A stretch of 64,000 bases of DNA from Haliotis rubra. Lineage: Eukaryota. Both the position numbers and the translations under genes were made by a program. How positions within the stretch are numbered: position 1 is the first letter of the stretch; every line of letters begins with the position of its first letter. The stretch spans positions 744,001 through 808,000 of the forward strand of contig NW_025767457.1 of assembly GCF_003918875.1 (NCBI RefSeq), given 5' to 3'. Below, piece by piece: positions 25,500 to 40,169 of this stretch. The notes beneath the pieces are model-generated. The model was not told the DNA's origin, did not search any database, and saw only the letters and a list, made by a program, of their open reading frames with translations.

Positions 25500-26950
25500 A
25501 AATATTAATCTACATCAGCTACATTTAGCCGAGGCACAATTGTTGTTTCAAATTCAGTTTAAGATAACTGAATGTATACAGACAGATTTCGAGTGAACAA
25601 ATACAAACATCATGGTACTTCTCGTCAGGATCTCATAATGAAATAGCTACAGCGTGTTACACACTACCCACTCCTGCTCTTCTCGAAGGAAAACTTGCAC
25701 AAAAACAGCAAAGAATGAAACCATCTTTAGATTCAAGGCTTCATTTACATTAAACACGAAACGCGGCATGGTGTCATTTTCCACCAATCTTCCATCCACT
25801 CTCAACAGCGGGCAATTACACCGTATGTACATTCTTCATAATCTTACTTTGTTTATCAATTGAATGTTTCAGTTACTGATAGAGATGTAGCACTTGAAGT
25901 ACTCAGTCCATGCTGGGTTATCATTTCATGATCATTCTCAGGTCTTAGACACGTGACATGTATGTAACTATAAGTCACTATCTAGAGACGGTGTGTGAAT
26001 ATTAATTTATGCCGCGTTTAGCAATCTTCCAGCAATATCACACCGGGGTCACCAGAAATGGTCTTCACACGTTGTATAAATGTGGAGAATCGAACACGAA
26101 CGTTATAACCACTGGGCTACCCGCAACTCCCATTATTTACCATGTCGTGATAACAATGATATATCTACAGCAACAAAGCGGCGGTCAACTGATACTTGTT
26201 GATGTTCTTGTTGGTATACCATGACTTGTGCTGCCATATTTCAAATAGTACACATCACGATTACCATAGTTGCATATCAGTAATGTGTGTGTTACCGTGT
26301 GAAGTCACATTAGTGTTATCCACGAAAGCTTACCTATTGTTTGTAACATAATTATGCATATCATTTTTCTCATATACCTCATGGGCATGTCTGTCATTTG
26401 CCTTGGCATGTGTGGCATTTTGAACAGAATGTTTATATAGGCTGAGGTGAATGCACGCAGTAGTGTGGCCTTTTTCCGACCTAATGGCAAGGTGAACCTG
26501 CTAACATGTTATTGCCCTGGACTCCCTGGAGCAAACAGAAGCCTTTATCACCGAGTGCACCAAGGATGGTTTCTAACCCTCTTTAGCTGTCCTCATAAAT
26601 ACATATAATGCTTGAAGCTGACAGAAGTGTAGACGCCAAAAGGATTTATCATGCATGTTTCAGCACAACAATCAGCATGAAAGGCCCTTTTGAGCGGATC
26701 AATACACCGGGAATAGATGGCGCTTGTGGCTATAGGAATACTCGCGATGTAAACAACACTTCGCTAATTGGGACATCAGTTCAGCAAAAAGGCAATTGTT
26801 TTATTGGCAGTAAAGACGTCACGTTTTGAGATGGAAATGTACGTGAGTCATATATTTCAACTATGTGCCCTATAAAATATGATCCGCAGACGTGAGTGGA
26901 AAGTAAAACTGAAATCGGAGAAAGATAACGGCCATTTAGACATTAACCTT
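25500..26950 (-). pseudogene. IR-c copy, unit B
   Basis: FPSQNVT-LPF-TDV-IPGVLI-MLIVVLKHA-YED-ETILGAL, then AVESGWKI. Confidence 0.6.
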
Positions 26951-27879
26951 AAGATTAATGATCCTTCCCTGTTGTCTACTAGCGTAAAACTGTGTTTGAA
27001 ATAGAACTCGTAGAAAACGAAATTTATGTTCTGATTTATCATATTTCTGTGAAGTATAAGTTATAGATAGTAAATTTTAAAAACTTGTACTTATTGATGC
27101 ATTTACATGTTTATCAGATAATAATGAGTCCCAAATCACAAATGTCTTCCAGAAAACAGTATAAATATTTCAAACTCCTTGCTAAATGTAGAAACAATTT
27201 ATCTTCACATTCACATACAAAACACAAACTGTGTGTCGAAACCGTTAATATAACAATACATACTTTTGAAATAAATTGATATTTAGTTTGAAACGACTCA
27301 TAGGTAGATTTTGTGGGGTATGAAAAATATGATCTTGTATCAAACTCTTACGTGGGAACGTGTATATGTGGGCATTAGAAAGCTGAAGCTAATTATGTCA
27401 GCCGTGTGTGTCATGTTATCGAGCAAATCAAGGTTAACGTTTGGGTCCTTGACAGGCACAACAGCTGCAGCGTATGTCGTAGACGGAATGAGAGTTTACA
27501 TGCCTGTAAACATGAGTCATTCTCGCGCCTATATGGACGTCGTTTTTGTGCTTCGGGATGGTAACCCATGAGCACAAATCTCAGTCAGTTCTCTGTAAAA
27601 CTATTTATCTCATGAAAATATAAAATATCAATTTCACATTTTCATTGAATATTCCCTACATTTTTAACAAAACTCGTCGAAGACTAAGTTTATGTTTTGA
27701 TCTATTATATTTCGACCTGTGAAGTTATTGGTAGTAAAATTTTAAAACTTATATTTATTGAAGCAATTACCAGGCACATTCGATTGAATATCCCCTACAT
27801 TCTAAACGGTATATATATAACTTAACGCTGTAAAAGGTAAATTAGTGAACACTTCGCGAATTCATATTTTGTAAAAAGG

Positions 27880-29430
27880 TAGAAAAACGTTTCTGAACTG
27901 ACATTGACTGTCCGCTTGTACAGTTGAGGCCATGTACGGATTTTCATCAACCATCAGCCTTCCCCAAAATCCTTGAACACCAACATCCGAGTCAGTTATA
28001 TTAAGACATTAAACACATGAATGTAATTTTCATCTGAGAGTGGAGTATATTGCATTCTTTTAGAACCACTTCTCGTACACTGAAAGGAGACATTTGTGAG
28101 GGCTACTTTGTGTGTAAAACCACCAATGTTACGGTTTACAACATTCCAATTCCCGATGGGTAAAGATCTATTGGGTACCGTTGGTTATACCCCTTCACAG
28201 ACATCATTCATTACATAAAGCAACCATAAAAAGATACCTGTTATTGTTACAACTCAGTGAACACTAAATAATCAATCAGTCGGACCCTCATGGGTACACT
28301 GTTTTCTGAATGGCTGAATGAGGGAACAGATTACTGACGTGGACTGGGAATATTTTTCGTACAAAGTTATAGACAGGAGTGCACCACGGCTTCACCTTTA
28401 AACTGCACATTTCGGACGCAGTTAACTAAAGGAACAATGTAACGAGTGTTGGTTGGCAACTACGCGAAACCATCGGGACATCTCCAGACAAAACGTTCCC
28501 AATGTCTGGCTGTAGCCACTAATTAACATTGGATTGGCCTGGTCTTAGAATCAGGAAGGTCTTCTCTAATGATTACACCTGTCTGACGGTTTGATGTATT
28601 CGAGTCCCTGATGCAAGTAACTCATAGAAAGTGATACCTCCTTTGAAAGACATTGCCCACGGAGACTTGTAACTTGAGGAGCTGATGAAAATGCGTTAGA
28701 GATATTAATCACGTCCATGGGGGCAACGATCCTAAATATCGACTTCAAGATTTTATTTACGGTAAAGAAGATAATTTGGAAGGGATATTGACCAAACTGA
28801 AGCAATACTTGCCTCTCTAAGATCCAAGACCAATCTCAAGTTGGTCAGCACCTTTTTCGGGGATTAATTAATCGACTCTGATGCGTGAAACCTCCTCTTC
28901 CCTAACTCTGGATCCATGCTGGAAGGAGTTCTTCAGCTTTAATTGCTATTGATTGTGAGGTTTGGGGATACATTGTGGCTACCAAGAATGGGGAAAATTA
29001 GATAACACACATAGATAAGAGGGAGCCATGATCGCCGGGTTACCTTTATCTCCATTGTCTTGCTGATTTACCATTCAATTGAAAACAACTGCACCGCCTG
29101 CAGTTTTTGATTACATTTAAAACACCTCTCTCATGGCACACTTACTCCAAGATATTATCTTTGGGATTTGTATTAATTACACTCTCGAACATATTTGCGA
29201 CCAACACACACTTGTTCTCTAGTCTCACTTGCCTCCTCGTGGTCATGTCGGAAATTCAATGCTATATTCGATATTATGTCTGTGAGAACGGTAGATATAA
29301 CTCCCATTTCAGAACCATTCGGTCTAGAAACCCCCCAAGAAATCCTGACATTTGAAATCGTATGTTTATTACGTATGGACGCATTTAGGACGCCTTTAGA
29401 ATTCAAAACGTCCAACACCAGAGACTAATT
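27880..29430 (-). pseudogene. IR-d copy, unit B
   Basis: Track ORF 28566-28805 contains SIFRIVAPMDV and YLHQGLEYIKPSDR (pore-like). Downstream come MLISGYSQTLGTF (28491-28529) and DLYPSGIGML (~28140-28170). Confidence 0.72.
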
Positions 29431-29624
29431 AGTCTACAGGATATGACAACCAGATTCCATGACGTAAAAAGCGAATAAATGTATACCATATAAAAAAAGT
29501 ATCGCAACACCCACATGTAGGGGAGTAGTAATAGTTCGCCATAGATTATGGCAAGCTTGTGCGTGATATATATCTGAATGAATTGTGATAAGCATTTGAT
29601 TGAAAAACAAACAACATGACAACA

Positions 29625-29898
29625 GTGAGTGAGTTAGTGATTGAGTGAGTGAGTTAAGATTTTAAGCCACTTCGGCAATATCGTGACTTAAACCAAGTTA
29701 TTATTTCATAATAACTCATGGTAATTTATAAAAGAAAATGTCCGCGAATGACAATAAAAAAAGTGGAATACCACAGATATAATTGTAAAACTAGTATAAA
29801 CATCTAAAATATCTGAACTATGAAAGAACAATGCAATAAAAACAACGAGCTATAGATCGCCAACAACTGAGGGTAGATCACCATACTAGGGACCATAG
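29625..29898 (-). mobile_element. 3'-UTR fragment of the same LINE family (copy at 42233-42485; plus-strand fragment at ~62840-63095)
   Basis: Aligns with 54926-55182, e.g. gccaacaactga.ggtagatcaccatactagggaccat. Confidence 0.75.
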
Positions 29899-29899
29899 T

Positions 29900-31520
29900 T
29901 TAACAACCGGACAAACCCACGCCATTGTGCAAGAATTAGTCAGGTGAAAACCCAAATTAACTCTAGTCAGGAACCGTGCAGTCATTTTGAACTTTAATGA
30001 TGCTAGTGAGTACCAACGTATAAGTTGATTCCTCGCTGCTTACACCAGTATAACAAAGAGTGATAAATATATTTTGCTTGTCCACACATTTTGTCTGAAG
30101 AAACCGTGAAGATTCGGGTTAGAATTTATCCTGAGTAACTCATGCTTTTTTGTAAGAGGCGACTAATGGGATGGGGTGGTCAGACTCACTGACTTGGTTG
30201 ACACGTTTCATCATATCCCAGTTGTGTAGATCGATGCTCGTGATGTTGATCATTGATTTGTCTTGTCCAGACTCGATTACTGACAAGCCGCCACCTTATA
30301 GTTGTAATATTGCTGAGAGCATAGTTAAACAACAAACGAAAGCTAAAGAATCCGAAATGATGTAGTGGGTCATGTATGATCCTTGACGTGGATTCTTGAT
30401 CACAAGTACTGCTCGGTGCTTCAAGTAAAGCTGTTAAACATGCACCCCTATGTCATGATGTACCAAACTCCTCAGACGAAAGGAAAGCATAAATATAAAT
30501 TTGAAGCGTGAAAAGTAATGCACACTTAAAACACACCCGGTGTATATATTAACAGGACAACAGTGGATGCGTGTCCAATATGAAGACATTTGACAGCAAA
30601 TAAAACAGACAAGAGATGTATTGCAGAGGTTCCGTCACGTCTTAGACCTGATTGGGTCTCACATTGTGGACGAAGATTAGTCAGTCAGCGGACTGACAAT
30701 CCTAATGTACTATTGTGGTACTATTTACGAAATGTGCTCCGAATATTCACGTGTGCTTCCCAAAAGGAAAATTACAATGCCGAAAATATCGCAGAATTAA
30801 TGGGATCTGTATATATCAGGCGTCGTGCACATTGCTGGGAATACGTTATTTTTTGTCTACCTTGTATCTCCGTGTTAATTATTGCCTTATTTGTGAGTCT
30901 CTTGACAAAAATGTGTAGATGAATCCCTGCAGTTTCGCGTCCATCAATTAGACCAATGTTAAACAGAAACCCTGGCGTGTCAGTTAAACAGAGGCGAAAC
31001 ACCAACATGACACAGGTCTTTGAAGTTCTGGCATGTGCATGCTGGTTCTCTCGCAACTAATGATTTGCTCCCCATATAGACAGGGGCAAAATTAAGCACT
31101 ACCTGAATCCAACGCCGATTTAAACCAGGTGATTATATCCTAGCATACTGGAATGAAGACGTAAAACACACAATATCTCAAAAGCTGAATGTCCCATATT
31201 CACGTGCTGCGTTAGCGCCAATCACATTGGGGTGCAAATTCCGTAATTGCAGTGTGTGCAGCTATCTGAACTGATCTAACAGACGACAGTACTGAAAATA
31301 TTTCATGGCATGGGAAGATGCACACTTTCAGAAAATGCACCATGGCGCGTTACTGGCATGCATCCAGCAAAATTGTCATGAGGCAAACAGTAAAGTAAAC
31401 AGTTTTGTTTTAGTCTCCATTCATAACCTGTAGCCCGCTATTTGGTCTTTTCAAACGAATGGGATCTGTTTCAACTAATATTCGAGACTAGTCAGTATCT
31501 CCTAGCAATGACGTTTTATA
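29900..31520 (-). pseudogene. IR-e and IR-f copies, unit B (directly adjacent, intervening unit-A sequence absent)
   Basis: 29900-30570 is paralogous to 15330-15800; 30590-31520 is paralogous to 16805-18000. Confidence 0.5.
30103..30340 (+). mobile_element. SINE family 1 (shared with 42726-42960)
   Basis: Same consensus, at the same site in units B and C. Confidence 0.8.
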
Positions 31521-32159
31521 ATTAGAGCTTCATGGCGGAATATACTTACGCATATACTTATTTGCTACGACAATGTGCCCATAAGACAGTTATACCCACA
31601 GATTTATTTCCCGTCTTGAGTGAGGCTACATAAAAAGCATATTCTCGAATACAATAACTGTGCTTTATATAAAGAAACGTTTTTCATCGTCTGCCAACGC
31701 AGCTGTTATTTATGTTCTGCCTACATTTGAAGACCTGTTTTCAGACGCACGTGGACATCATGCTGAAACTTGATCTTTGCTCGTTTGTGGCAGCTTAATA
31801 CGAAATGGTGTACTTCCTCCACGCAGTGACATGACGGATGTCTGTTTTGTGTTGACTGTATCGGAAGCTCTTTAACAACATATTTGTAATAAAAATGACG
31901 CCATGCAGCCTAACGTCAAATGTCAACGACAGGGGATTGCATGTTTCAAAAGTATACATTCCTAGTTTATACTATATCTGAGTTACTATCAAAGAAGACT
32001 TATTACTCATTTACACACATGGTTGTGTATTTTGCGATATGACATTGATAATGTCTCACTAGCTGCCTTTACAGTGAGAAATATACTCTGATCGTCGTGA
32101 GGTAAACATCCTTAAATTAATGTGATAATACGGTTTTACAATAAAAGGTATTTTGATTA

Positions 32160-33700
32160 AATTCACTATTAACCGTAACTCTTCCTGAAGAGAAACCGTA
32201 ATTTCCGGCTCCAGAAAGAAACGTAAAGATTATTAAGGAATATTTACATTTTAGGCATCATGCACATTAACTCAAAACACGACATTATACCATTTTGCAT
32301 CAACCTTTCTTTTTGTGATTTCTTCAGAATCTTGTGTCGCTGGTTGTTTATCAAAAATTTCTGTTGCTGATAAATATAAAAAAACTGAATGCTATGCTAG
32401 GGATTACACAGTGAACCGTTATCATCATGGTGCCAAATGTTCCAGCTCATGGCCAAATAGCATGTATGGTAGTAATGATTCATCATAACATATATGGGCG
32501 GTGCTTCCTTTGAAGCCCGTTGATGGACCACGAGTGTGGTTCATATATTATCTTTTACCAATAACATCTTGGAAAAGTAACATGTATATAATCACTAGAG
32601 TGGGATAATGACGTAGCCATAGTTCACGCCAGCATAACGTCATTTGTACCATGAGTAGTAATTATGTCTGGTATTGGAGAAGGAAAACAGTTTAGATATT
32701 AGCCATGAAGTAAGTCAACCTTTTTTCTAATCATGGTAGGAATATAAATTATGTCAAGTCGTTTCTGCACAAACAAGATTATTAATATGAATTTAAAACA
32801 TAAAGAAGACGCAAACGATGTTTTCTGTTTAATATGTTTTTTTATAGTTTTTGCGGTGGAATACGATGCATTTGGTATGTTTCATATAAAAAGATGATTG
32901 ATTTCCCTTACCGTTGGATGTTTTGCGATATGAAGGAATAGATCACCATTTCGACTGGATCAATGTAATGCACATATACATGAATGTATACAAAGCCTTC
33001 CTATCATAATCCCATCAGCCAAGTTATAGTTGTAATGGTAAGCCCCCTGCACCAAGGTAAGTGTGATGGGAAACAGATAACCATTGTGGGCGTTAGGTAG
33101 CAGCCAGTGTTTGTCGTAAGGGGCGACTAACGGTTTTGGGTGCTCAGTCTCATTAATTAATACATGTCACCTGCGGAGATCGATGCTTATGATGTCAGTC
33201 ACTGGACTGTCTGGTCCAGAGCTGATAACTGACAGACCGTTGCCATATGCTTAACTATTGTTGTGTGCGGCGTGAAACAATAAACATAAATAGCCAGAAA
33301 TATAGGGACAGTTAATTGTGCATAACATGGCATTTGGAAACTTCAGTATCAGTTCATTAACTACAGCTATCGCCCTGGTTAAAACTTAGAAGATATTTTG
33401 TGAAATGCGATTGTATTTGTCTCATTGCTATCATAAACATAACTAAAATAGGGGTGGGGTATGGTTTTCCGACGCTTTAAGAAATATTCAGCACTACGGT
33501 AGTGAACACCAGAAATCGAATACAAATATGGGGAATTGAAACCGGGTCTTCGGCATGATGGGCAAAACTCTTGGACCACTAGGCTACCCCACCACACCTA
33601 ATACAGCAATGGAAGAAAACAATTTATACATAGATTTAGCACACAACCGTCACGTTTTGACACACGTTCAAACAAGAATATACGTTTTAAATTGCTCACT
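32160..33700 (-). pseudogene. IR-g and IR-h remnants, unit B
   Basis: 32160-32670 matches 19085-19600; 33290-33700 matches 20700-21400 and 130-350. Confidence 0.5.
33105..33290 (+). mobile_element. SINE family 1, older and 5'-truncated (shared with ~45917-46110)
   Basis: tgtcgtaaggggcgactaa...ctggtccaga...gcggcgtgaaac. Confidence 0.7.
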
Positions 33701-33825
33701 CTGAAACACTGTTTATTATGATTAATAACCATCACATCACAGTTGAGGCTGTATTGTTATGTTTTCAAAGAATAATCACAACTGTTTTATAAGATGGCAC
33801 AAATAGAGTTTAAGGAGTGTATGTG

Positions 33826-33857
<32 letters not shown>

Positions 33858-34439
33858 TGTGTGAGTGCGTAAGTGTAATGTTGAGTCGTCGATCTCAGGT
33901 TGTAGTTTAAGGGGTCTTTGTATCATGTAAAAAATGACCATGACATCGGAATCGATTCCTTACTATAACATCATACAGCTGTAATACTGCTGAAACAAAT
34001 ATATGCTCATGATATGGTCAAATTTGTGCAATCGACTCTGCTTTTAGCAGAGATTTTTATGAACGTGGAAAGGGCTTTGGTGCTTCTATTCCTAAATGTT
34101 AGCTCGGAAGGCAATTGAGTTTTATAGAACTGCCACGATTTGAAGACCAGCTCGTACGAGAAGACATTTGAACACAAAATGTTTATTTCTCGGAAAATCG
34201 ATAAGATGAGAGATTTCTTTTGCTGTAGTAAACGATATGCCAGTGAAGGGTTAAAAGTCAAGAATAAATGTCATCATTATCACGTTTAAAGTATCGTAGC
34301 TAACACCGCAGTTTAAAAAAACAACGTAATGCATATAGGATGGATAATGGATATATTTTATATTGTGCTTTCTATATATTAGGTGAGGGTCATTGTGTAT
34401 ATTACTTCAGGGAACATGATTTCCAACTTTCCATTAACC

Positions 34440-36180
34440 AGACAATTCCTCCTGAAAAAAGCGAAATGCATTCAACATTGCTCATGTTTATTCATAAGGG
34501 GATGGTTGGATGCCATGAAGCTTATTTTCCACCGGTCTTCTCCGAAAGCGACCCGTGAAGGTCCGGTTTAGATTATTGATCTTCAGTAACCCATGCTTTC
34601 CGTAAGAGGCGACTTACGGGATCGGGTGGTCAGGCTCGCTTACTTGGTTGACACATGTCATTCGCAGATCGAAGCTCATGCTGTTGATCAGAGGATTGTC
34701 TTGTCCACACTCGATTATCTACAGACCGCCGCCATATAGCTGGAATATTGCTGAGTGCGGCGTAAAACTAAACTCACTCACTCACTCACTCTCCGAAATG
34801 TATGAGTGATGAGGCCTCCAGAAAATGCCTCGGCATGCAGTTCGATTGACGGAAAGTATCCGAAGGGGTTCATTGAAACACAATGTTGTACAAAGATGTT
34901 TCTGATGAGATTCGGTAGAGGTGGCGAATCAAGAACAATTTGGAAGCTTTCTGGAACATTGAGATTCAAGATATTTAGATTATGCAAGTAAGCAAGCACA
35001 TGCATATCATATCTCATATTACACCTGGACCGGCTAAGCGTGACCATTACTTGTCACTCACCCTGGATTTCCAATCAAGTCCTATTTTAAAAACTTGAAT
35101 GTTTGTTACCAGGTGAAAGGTTTTAATGATCATCACTGCCTATCATCATTTCGTCACTGGAAGCGTTGCCAAGGACGGCATCTATTTCCACATAAGACAG
35201 ATACTATTCATGTTCATTCAAAGGTTGTAATTCGAATAGGACATGGTTATAAGCATGTGGTATTATCATATTTTAAGACACAGACTAACAATGTAGTCAA
35301 GAATTCAGAATTTGCACAAAATCTCTTTATATCACAGGCATATTCCGGCCTATTCCGGTGTATATACACTACTCGATTCTTGACATTGGCAACAGAATGG
35401 CCGGTCTTTCACCATTGAAAGCAATGGTTTAACACACACCACGGTATAACGAACGTGTGTTGTGAAGTAGCATTTTCGTGCCACACATCTTTTTAAAACT
35501 TTTATACTTGACAAGGAAACACCACCCCAAGATTTAACAGGATATGTCTTCGACATTGTAAGGAATGTCTTATGTCCTCGTCTTCTTTTAACGTATTTTC
35601 CTGATCTAATCATTTTGTTACATGGGATTTCCTCGGGGATCAATTACAGTGTCGCCAGGTATATAAAACAGCCAGTATCTACGACACAGTCTCCATTATT
35701 GTTAAACTTACTTCAGCAGAAGTAATCAATTCTACATGGTAGCAATGGGTACACATTTTCGATTATTTCGAAAAAAATGCTAGAGCATTTGCTCACACCC
35801 CGACAGCTGACCAGGCAATAATCACTTGCGCAACATCCATAGGACATGCAGTTAGCGTTGGTGTCTTGCATATCTAATGATTATGTTCTTACAAAAATTC
35901 TTCTCTCCCTACCACTTGATTTTATATGCAGTAACCATTCGCCAATTCTAAATTTAATCACGCTTTATGTGTCTTATGTTAAAGGTATCTTCAGTTTCTA
36001 ACTTCCCATGCCTCTCAGTATATCTCAGCAGACAATAAACATGGTCAATAGACCAGGAATAAATAAAGGCCTGTGGTGCCACGAAATATGCGTATTTGAT
36101 CAACACTTTGGAGAAAAAAATTAAGGAAAAATATATATTTCATTGACAAAGAAGATGTCACATTTTGAGATAAAAATCTA
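34440..36180 (-). pseudogene. IR-a copy, unit C
   Basis: Track ORF 34778-35047 contains LNVPESFQIVLDSPPLPNLIRNIFVQ (S2-end-like). SINE inserted at 34552. Confidence 0.55.
34551..34790 (+). mobile_element. SINE family 1 (shared with 47443-47678)
   Basis: Consensus match, ctccgaaa direct repeats. Units C and D only. Confidence 0.85.
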
Positions 36181-37479
36181 CCTTGTGCAAAGGTTGTTTG
36201 GTCAAAGATACAACATTCAAAGCCAAGATCAAACTTTGAAAACGTTTTATGATAGGCATGTGGAATACATTTCTAAATGTGACGCCTCAGTGACCAAATT
36301 GCTGACCAATTCAATTCCTATTGTTAACTTGTACTATATGTTCCTGTATTATATTTTTAGGGGAACTATTGATTTTCCCCGAATGTGTTTGTGATGGATG
36401 TCAACGGTTGTGAAACATACACACATCGTTTCGTGAACACCTCGTACTATTGGTATTATATTGTGATTCAGTAAGGCCTGCCAATGATAAACAACCGGCA
36501 CTGGAGATTTTTGTTATGAATATAGAAAGGGTTTTGCTGCATTGCTAAGTGAGTGAAAGTTTGAAACATGGTGATTTAGCTACTCGTGAACAGATTGCAT
36601 TCAATTGAAATAAATTAAATATTTATTTTTCCAATTACAGCTCTGATGAAAAGCCAGTGATGGTACGTGTACAGTTGAAACACACATGTAGAAACAAGAA
36701 CGTAAATGTGATATTTATTTATTAATTCCAAGGATTTAAGTATGTTTTAAGTGAAAACAATATAAGAATATAAGATCAACTGCAGCTGTTACACGTCATT
36801 TAGAACAAACATGAAAAACAACCAAACGATAAAAAAAATGAACAGAGCATGAACATATATTATACAAAACATTAAAGGTGTGAAATGTTGGTTGCATGTA
36901 TTGCTGAGCCCCGCATTTCAACAGTTAAAAGGAGATCGGCTTGATTCAAATGATGTCTGCAGACAACATCGTGATCTGTCTTGTTAAATGATTGTGCATG
37001 AAAACACATGAAGATTATCAGTAGATTTGCTAAGTTAGGTTTATCAAAACAAGTATCAAGTTTCAGTTATCAAATAATTGATACAACCTTAGTTTGCTTT
37101 GGAGCATAGTGGACTTTATCATTTTAATTGACGTGATTATTGTCTCGTGTAATTGGTGTTGAAGACGAGTAGACATTCCTTTGTTACACTTTAGTCATGT
37201 GACGAGAAGGACGTGTGGACCTAAAATGACGAGATCTCTGATTTGGCTGTCAGTTGACGATACTGCATGTCTCTATGGTCAGCATTTTAAAATTATCCTG
37301 CACGTATGGGCTGGATGGTCTGTCGGTTTATATTAATAGAAATGAGAAAATGTAAAGTACAGATATGTTAAATAGTCACTCCTATGCAGGCAAAATAGAG
37401 CATAATCAAGGTTACAGATGATTTAAAAGACCTCTCGTACAAAAATCTAATATATTCTGTTTTATTTTAAATCCATGAC

Positions 37480-39580
37480 AATTATTGCACTGCAAGCAAT
37501 AGCAGCAGATAACAACAAAGAAAGCAGCAGAGAACATTAAAATAGCTTGAATTAGCTATTACTGTGTCACAAAGTTAGACACCTCGGTCAATAAAAGCGT
37601 TTTTTTTATTCTTTAATACATGATATAGTATTTAGATGAAATGTAAGAAAGAAGAATGTTCATACTCTGACAAGCGCTTAGTCTTCTAGTTAATTTACAC
37701 TTGTCCTCTACCTGCAGCCTCCTTCCCAGCAGTGGACACAGGAAGGAAGCATCTAAATGAGCAGTCGGGTCGAGCTGGTGGAAATATACTCTCCCAAAAA
37801 TGAAACGCATCATGAAAATAGCAATTTCATGTGGCAATGAATTAAAACGCGATTCATTTTACAAAAGGATTTGCTCTGTTTATGAGTCCTATGGTGTTTA
37901 TGTTTTGAAACATCACAACAAAACGCACCATCCGTAAAATACCCGTATTTAACAGCATGATTTTCAATTTCGGCGTGTAGTGTCACAGAATACACAATTC
38001 ACATGCAATGCACGTGAAAGTTGGGTATCAGATAGTCTCAATGATGGGTATAAAAAGTTGATCGCTGTTCGTCGATTATTCACTGTATTTGGAATATTGT
38101 TGACGAACGCAAAATGCCACGTCTAAGTGAAGCCAACCATCATATCGCCATTGGTGTGCTTGAAGCTGGCCAGTCTCAACGTGCAGTTGCCCGACGCATG
38201 AATGTTCACCAAAGCACCATTTCACGGCTCTGGGAGAGATATTGCCGGCAGAATGCGGTGGCAGATGCCCCTCGTAGTGGGCGACCTCGAGCGACCATCC
38301 GGGATACAAATGTCATTTTGCCTTTCTAAAAAAGTATAAACATAAGGTTTCTGTCACGTTTGGAAATAGGTACTTATCATTAACAACGAAATACATGCAT
38401 TTTTATGTAATTACCCAATTTCACAAAAGCAAAGGATCTTTACATTCAAGGCGTCATTTACATTTAACACGAAACACAGCATGATGTCATTTTCCATCAA
38501 CCTTCACTCCACTCTCAACAGCGGGCAATTGCACCGTGTGCACTTTCTTCATAGTCTTCCTGTTTTTATCAATAGACTGTTTCAATTACTAATAGAGATG
38601 TAACACTTGAAGTGCTGGGCCCATGCTGGTCGATCATTTCATGACATGTATATAACTATAAGTCACTATCTAGAGACAGTGTGTGAGTATGAAATTACGC
38701 CGCGTTTTGCAATCTTCGAGCAATATCGCAGCGAAATGGTTCTCACACATTGTATCCATCTGGGGAATCGAACCCGGGTCTTCGGCTTCGTCTTCGGCAA
38801 ACGTTATATAACCACCGAGCTACCCCGCAGTTTTCCATGTTGCCCACCAGTAACGCGTGTGTTACCGTGTCAGTCATAGGACTTCTATCCACGAAATTGG
38901 GTGGTGGGTAGCTATAGGTTAGTGGTTAAAGCGTCCACTCGTCATGCCGGAGACCCGGGTTCGATTACCCACATGGGTATAATGCATATAGATGCATATA
39001 ATTCTTCTAATATGCCTCATGGTCATGTCTGCCATTTGCCTTGGCATGTGTGGCATATTGAACAGAATGCACAACAGGTCCATGCACATAGTAGTATGGC
39101 AGTTTTCGGAGCTAATGCCAAGGTGAACCTGCTAACATGTTATTGCCCTGGACTCCCTGGAGCAAACAGAGGCCTTTATCACAGAGTGCACCAAGGATGG
39201 TTTCTAACCCTCTTTAGCTGTCCTCATAAATACATATAATGCTTGAAGCTGACAGAAGTGTAGACGCCAAAAGGATTTATCATGCATGTTTCAGCACAAC
39301 AATCAGCATGAAAGGCCCTTTGAGCGGATCAATACACCGGGAATAGATGGCGCTTGTGGTTATAGGAATACTCGGGATGTAAACAACACTTCGCTAATTG
39401 GGACATCAGTTCAGTGAAAAGGCAATTGCTTTATTGGCAGTAAAGACGTCACGTTTTGAGACGGAAATGTATGTGAGTCATATATTTCAACTATGTGCCA
39501 TATAAAATATGATTGGCCGACGTGAGTGGAAAGTAAAACTGACATCGGAGAAAGATAACCTCCATTTAGACATTAACCTT
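37480..39580 (-). pseudogene. IR-b and IR-c copies, unit C (interrupted by Tc1 and SINE fragments)
   Basis: ETILGALCDKGLCLL and LPYYYVH (~39082-39102; cf. FxxPYYY of S1). Confidence 0.55.
37789..38303 (+). mobile_element. Tc1/mariner 5' fragment (left end plus N-terminal HTH)
   Basis: Starts after TA with ctctcccaaaaatgaaacgca. ORF 38114 reads MPRLSE..AIGVLEAGQSQRAVARRMNVHQSTISRLWERY..DAPRSGRPR. Unit C only. Confidence 0.85.
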
Positions 39581-40169
39581 AAGATTAATGATCCTTCTTT
39601 GTTGTCTACTAGCGTAAAACTGTGTTTGAAATAGAACTCGTAGAAAACGAAATTTATGTTTTGATTTTTTATTTTTCTTCCTGTGAAATATGTGTTATAG
39701 ATAGTATAGTTTTAAAACTTGTACTTATTGATGCAATTACATGTTTACCCGATAACAATGAATCCCAAATCAGAAATACCAGTCCTTGACAGGCACAACA
39801 GCATATGTCGTTGACGGAATGAGAGATTACATTCCGGTTAACATTGTGTGTCACTTTCGCGCCGATATGGAGGTCGTTTTGTCTTTCAGGATGTCAACGC
39901 AAGAGCACAAATCTCAGTCAGATGTCTGTTGAACTATTTATCTCATGGAAATATAAAATATGAATAGCTGAGACACCTTTTTATTGAATATTCCCTACAT
40001 TTTAAATAAAACTCGTTGAAGACGAAGTTTATGTTTTGATCTATTATATTTCGACCTGTGAAGTTATTGGTAGTAAAATTTTAAACTTTATACTTATTGA
40101 AGCAATTAGAATATAACTTAACGCTGTAAAAGTTAAATTAGTGAACACTTCGCGAATTCATATTTTGTA

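Larger units (their letters stand above)
21546..33820. repeat. Segmental tandem-repeat unit B
   Basis: Colinear with A and C. Offset to C is 12622 bp (ORF 30590 vs 43212). Confidence 0.9.

Noticed and set aside
26700-26840. FHLKT...HLFP resembling a Mab-21/cGAS C-terminus
   Set aside because: That frame has a stop conserved across paralogs, and synonymous changes support the FPSQNVT/IPG frame instead.
38900-38980. tRNA-like sequence
   Set aside because: It is the head of multi-copy SINE family 2, with no complete cloverleaf.
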